Below, one piece after another: positions 59,572-64,000 of a stretch of DNA of 64,000 bases (the first letter of the stretch is position 1; the number at the start of each line of letters is the position of its first letter). This DNA comes from Macrostomum hystrix (taxonomy: Eukaryota > Animalia > Platyhelminthes): the NCBI GenBank assembly GCA_950097015.1, contig CATNEN010000033.1, positions 4,650,001-4,714,000 on the forward strand, read 5' to 3'. The translations under genes and the position numbers were made by a program. The notes under the pieces were generated by a model. It saw nothing but the letters and a program-made list of their open reading frames with translations. It ran no database searches and was not told the origin of the DNA.

Positions 59572-60200
59572 GAGAAGTAGATGGAGTAGGATGAGATGTA
59601 GATGGAGTAGACTGAAAAGTAGATGGAGTAGATGGAGTAGACTGAGAAGTAGATGGAGTAGACTGAGAAGTAGATGGAGTAGACTGAGAAGTAGATGGAG
59701 TAGACTGAGAAGTAGATGGAGTAGATGGAGTAGACTGAGAAGTAGATGGAGTAGACTGAGAAGTAGATGGAGTAGACTGAGAAGTAGATGGAGTAGACTG
59801 AGAAGTAGATGGAGTAGACTGAGAAGTAGATGGAGTAGACTGAGAAGTAGATGGAGTAGACTGAGAAGTAGATGGAGTCGACTGAGAAGTAGATGGAGTA
59901 GACTGAGAAGTAGATGGAGTAGACTGAGAAGTAGATGGAGAAGACTTAAAAGTAGATGGAGTCGACTGAGAAGTAGATGGAGTAGACTGAGAAGTAGATG
60001 GAGAAGACTTAAAAGTAGATGGAGTAGACTGAGAAGTAGATGGAGTAGATGGAGTCGACTGAGAAGTAGATGGAGTAGACTGAGAAGTAGATGGAGTCGA
60101 CTGAGAGTAGACTGAGAAGTAGATGGAGTAGACTGAGAAGTAGATGGAGTAGACTGAGAAGTAGATGGAGTAGACTGAGAAGTAGATGGAGTAGACTGAG
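59572..60200. repeat. 21-bp minisatellite (GAGTAGACTGAGAAGTAGATG)
   Basis: About 30 copies. Confidence 0.96.
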
Positions 60201-61054
60201 ATGTCTAGTTATCTAGGAAGACTGACATGAGGAAAGAAATGACAGTTATTTTGATTAAATACGAAGTGCAGGAACGCAGAAAGAAGTGATTAGCAGAGCG
60301 CTAGGAAAGAGAGGTCATGTGCTCTTGTCTCACAATGGTCGAGGCAGATAATCAGTCAAGAAACGATGCAACTGATGAGGTCACACAAAGCCAAGTCACA
60401 AAGAGAGAAGTTCATGCACAGCAGAAAGACGTTTCCAGGAAACCCAACCGGAAACCTGTATGAAAATGCGAGTTTATGGCAAAACCCGGAGCAAAGTCAA
60501 GAAGCCACTGAGCTCAGGAAGTGGTGCCAGCGGACAAAGATAAAAAATTCGGGGAAACTGAAAGTTAGCTGATATCTACAGCTTAGAATCGTCTTAAAGA
60601 ATCCGGGAATCGAACTGACAAGAAAACTTAAGAGAAAATTGAGCAAGAAGCAGCTCAGCATGCCTGCTTTTGCTCCAGCCATGTGGGTAGAAAAAAACTT
60701 TTTTTAAGTTCCGATCTCGAGAACCCCGCGCGCATGGCTTCCGCTGATCGGCTGCGCTTCCCTCCCACCTGTGTTTCCTGGCAGTCCCGAGAATATTCCC
60801 ATTTTGTGATTTTGAGCAGTGCTGCACTGCATGGGAGTGCCTTGGAGCTTGGCACAATTGCCCCGGTGCGGATTTGAAGTGGTCGCAGGTCCGCCACCAG
60901 AGACACTGTCGTCTCACTGTCTGGGAGCAAGCACCGGCCTCTTTAGGCTGGGAAAATGGTGTAGTTGGGATATTTTTGGAAAAACTGGTCCAGGAGGAAG
61001 AGAGGAGAGAATTGGGAGAGAGAGAGAGAGAGGAAGATCGCCTCACGGCCGCAC

Positions 61055-61224
61055 CTTGACTCAGACGCAGTGAGTTCCTTGAGCAGTTTGAGCAGTGTCG
61101 CTGCGCGCTGCACAGCCCTGTCCGCGCTGTCCCAAGCCAAACCACGGCCTGCGTCCCAAGCCAGAAACCCTAAACACTTCCTTCCGGTAATCCCCCAGGC
61201 CATCCCGCAGCGCCTAAAAGGTCT
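61055..61224 (-). CDS. Candidate second exon of an unknown minus-strand gene
   Basis: Acceptor ACTTTCAG| at 61224 (phase 0, matching the exon at 62668-62769) and donor AG|GTGCGG at 61055. Reads RPFRRCG...ADRAVQRAATLLKLLKELTASES without a stop. No homology recognised. Confidence 0.3.
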
Positions 61225-62667
61225 CTGAAAGTGTCGCGCGCGTGGGGGGGACACAAGCAGACACGCGGACTATTGAGCACAATTGAGCACAATTTTTATA
61301 ATAGTCGCTCGCGCTCAGAGGAAGGATAAAAATTCCACAGATTTTTGCTTACTCAACGCCTCCAAGAATCACGAGGGGATACAGAGAAGGGGAGAAAGAG
61401 GAGGAGGAGAGGGAAGCGGGTGGCACAACTCCAGGAAGAAAATGCCTTTGCTTTATAGGGCTTGACACATTTTTTGTGACACCAGGAATAGCTGCCGATG
61501 CAGCACAGCCTTACAGCACAGCAACTGTCTGTGCCAGTTTGACTCCCTGCTCAAATTGCTTCTCGTCAAGCTCTCCTGTCCTGTCCCAAAAAACTTGCTC
61601 CAATTACGGCGCTGGACTTGCCTTTTGTCTCTGGCAAATGTCAAACTGCGCTGCATGGAGCCAAGCTTGGGAGGCCGAATAATAGAAACGGCGCACACAA
61701 TGGGATTGGGATCCACTGGGATGCTGGGGCTATAGAATAAAATAGGGGATAAAAATCCCCTGTCAATGTGATACAAATTCCACAACGCAAATTGCTCCCC
61801 GTGGAGAAGATGGTGTCCTCGCGTGCTTGCATCACTTTCCTTTCACCCGCCCCGCTCCGCTGTCTCGCATGGCGCCACAGAATCTGGGGGCGATTACCAG
61901 ACAGTTTCGGGCAGGGTATGAGGGGCCTGGCCTGAGTTTGGGAGGATCTCGCGGGATCTGGGAAGGCCGAGGGATGAGGGTGTCGGAGGGAAGGGTGGAG
62001 GGGAGCGGAGAGAGACGCCGGGGCGGAAGGCAGGCGGCCGTGATTGACAGGTAAAAAATTAAAGGTGTGGATGCAATAGAGAGCATAAGTGAGAAAGAAC
62101 TGAGAGATGGGGCCAAGGATGAGGGCATTAGGGACGGGAATTCCCAGTGCCAGCCTTCTCAATCTTATTTGGCGCTAACTATTAAAGACTGAAAAACACA
62201 CTGCGCTGAATAACTCATGAGTGTGTGAGTATCTGAGACCTGCACACACACACTCGGGAATCTGTAAATGAGACAGCCTCATTGTGAACCAATGCAGTTT
62301 ACAATATGCTCGCCATCGTCAGGATTTTACCGAACGCTCTGATAACGGAGCCAGTTTAAAAATGTTCATAAAACTGGTCTGTATTGAGCAGACTGCAATG
62401 CTGAGTTCATGGGGTCAATTTCAACACCTCAAGTTAAATCGATTAGCGCATTTATCTTTCATAAGCAGTGAGGGGCCAGATTTTGGCGTCGGACAGGTCC
62501 CACTTCCTCTACGGTGTTGGCACGGGATTATTCAAATCGTTTAAGACCTACTGCGAGTCCTGATCCCCACAATAACTGGCGGTGTTTCTATGGCAATTTC
62601 TAGGTGTCTAGAGAGAGAGACTAGGGGGGGAATTCGCTCAGTGGGAATAAAGGACCACCAAACTCAC

Positions 62668-62769
62668 CTGAGCAGTTGCGACTGACGAGTTGAGCTGCCG
62701 ACGGATCCGAGAGCGGGCTGAACGTCGCGCACCTCCGCGCACCAGAACTGCCGTCCCGCTGTCGGCCAT
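62668..62769 (-). CDS. Candidate first coding exon of an unknown gene convergent on NK2.1 (MADSGTAVLVRGGARRSARSRIRRQLNSSVATAQ)
   Basis: ATGG start ~40 bp downstream of a TATATAAA box, GC-rich, ending at a consensus donor CAG|GTGAGT. Confidence 0.45.
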
Positions 62770-62809
62770 ATCTCAGCTGCTGCTGGCTCCTGCCCCCTGT
62801 TTCACACAC

Positions 62810-62817
62810 TTTATATA
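62810..62817 (-). promoter_or_regulatory. TATA box (TATATAAA)
   Basis: Isolated TATA sequence in GC-rich context, suitably spaced from the candidate exon. Confidence 0.45.
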
Positions 62818-64000
62818 ACGGCTGGGGCCAGAGAGGAGAGAAGAATGAGAACGGAGAAGGGCCCTTTTACCACTCTCGTGCTTGGAGACCCGAGGACCTC
62901 CTTGTGGCTGCCGGGCTCTCATGCTTGAGGCCGCGGTCCAGGCGGGAGGGCTCCTCAGCCATAACGTGAAGAGCATGTAAAGTGCACTTTCTAAGGTCTT
63001 ATCCCTAATACTCTATGGGGATCTCGGCGCGGGACTCCCCCCTACCTTCTTCAGCGCGCTAAGCCCTCCTGAGAAGGACCGCAGCTGAGGGCGGCGATCG
63101 CCCTGGGAGACACGTAGCGGAGCTCCCGCCGCCCTGGATCCCCCACTTCATCTTCTCCTGGCAGCGGAGCGCGCCTCAAGTGGCTTGGGACAAATGTTTG
63201 ATTTTTGCGTGAAGCCCCCTTCACGGCCTGTCTCGCTCCTAATCCCTTCCCACCAGTCTTTAAATTCCCCCCCGCCCACGACTCCTCCCCTGCCCCGAAT
63301 CCCAAGCCGTCTTTCGCCCAAGGGCGCCGGTCCTGGCAAGATCCCAAAGCAGCCTATGCTTTTTCCCTACGTCACTCCTCACTGGGGATTACACGCGCTA
63401 GTTAATATCCCTGGCAAAAAACTTTCCTTAATTGCGAGCTGTTTGTGGCAGCAGAATTGTCAGGCAAACATCAAATAGTTTAGCTGTTGGCTCCCGTCAA
63501 GACCTGGCCGTGATTTGTCTGTGATAGCTGGCGCGTGAGGAATTCCGGCTTTGCTTTCACAGAACAAAGTAGCGAAAAATGAGAGCTCAACTGAATGGGC
63601 ATCCGAGATTGGGGATTTTGCTCGGTTGTATAATTTTCTGTTACATTGTGCATCTCGATAAATGCAGGTAATTTTCGATAATTTCAACAAAAAACTCGAC
63701 CACCTATTTATTGTGTTGCCACGCAAAATGAGAATTGCTGCAAAAAGCAATTCTGCTCCGAAGTGAAACTTGTGCAGTCTTTGTTCATTATCAAAAACTT
63801 TTTTAATTCTTTGTTTTCAACTGAGGGAAGGAAGAATGAGTTTCAATGAGGAGGAAGTAAAATACATTGTGGTATAAAATTTTTCGAAACTCATAACTTT
63901 TTTGGAAACTACGAATTGAGAATGCATTGCGACAGCTATTCCACCCGCCCTTCCAAACCAACTGCTTATCAACTTACCTGCTTCCTACGAGAATGAAAAA

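Noticed and set aside
46600-63190. NK2 autoregulatory sites (TYAAGTG) around the homeobox gene
   Set aside because: About seven sites were seen in 17 kb, against roughly four expected by chance for this degenerate 7-mer, and there is no clustering.

Overview
Eukaryotic (animal) genomic DNA with GC-rich exons and AT-rich, minisatellite-filled introns. The style resembles the flatworm Macrostomum lignano; this is an inference and was not verified. From left to right the window holds: (1) a decayed Ty3/Gypsy LTR retrotransposon on the minus strand running off the left edge; (2) a partial C2H2-zinc-finger gene; (3) an old TIR DNA-transposon remnant with a decayed THAP domain, abutted by a young MITE; (4) a complete 5-exon site-1 protease gene (MBTPS1); (5) a complete 7-exon RBBP6-like gene; (6) a tandem pair of His-rich class I SAM methyltransferase genes carrying a sharp gene-conversion tract; (7) an orphan small single-pass membrane protein ORF; (8) a ~17 kb gene-poor minisatellite zone; (9) a 3-exon NK2.1-type homeobox gene; and (10) the first exon(s) of a convergent unknown gene at the right end. 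Two tRNA-derived SINE families and more than 25 distinct tandem-repeat arrays are interspersed. No CRISPR, rRNA or intact tRNA gene was seen. All splice models were derived by hand and keep reading frame across junctions; no database searches were run.
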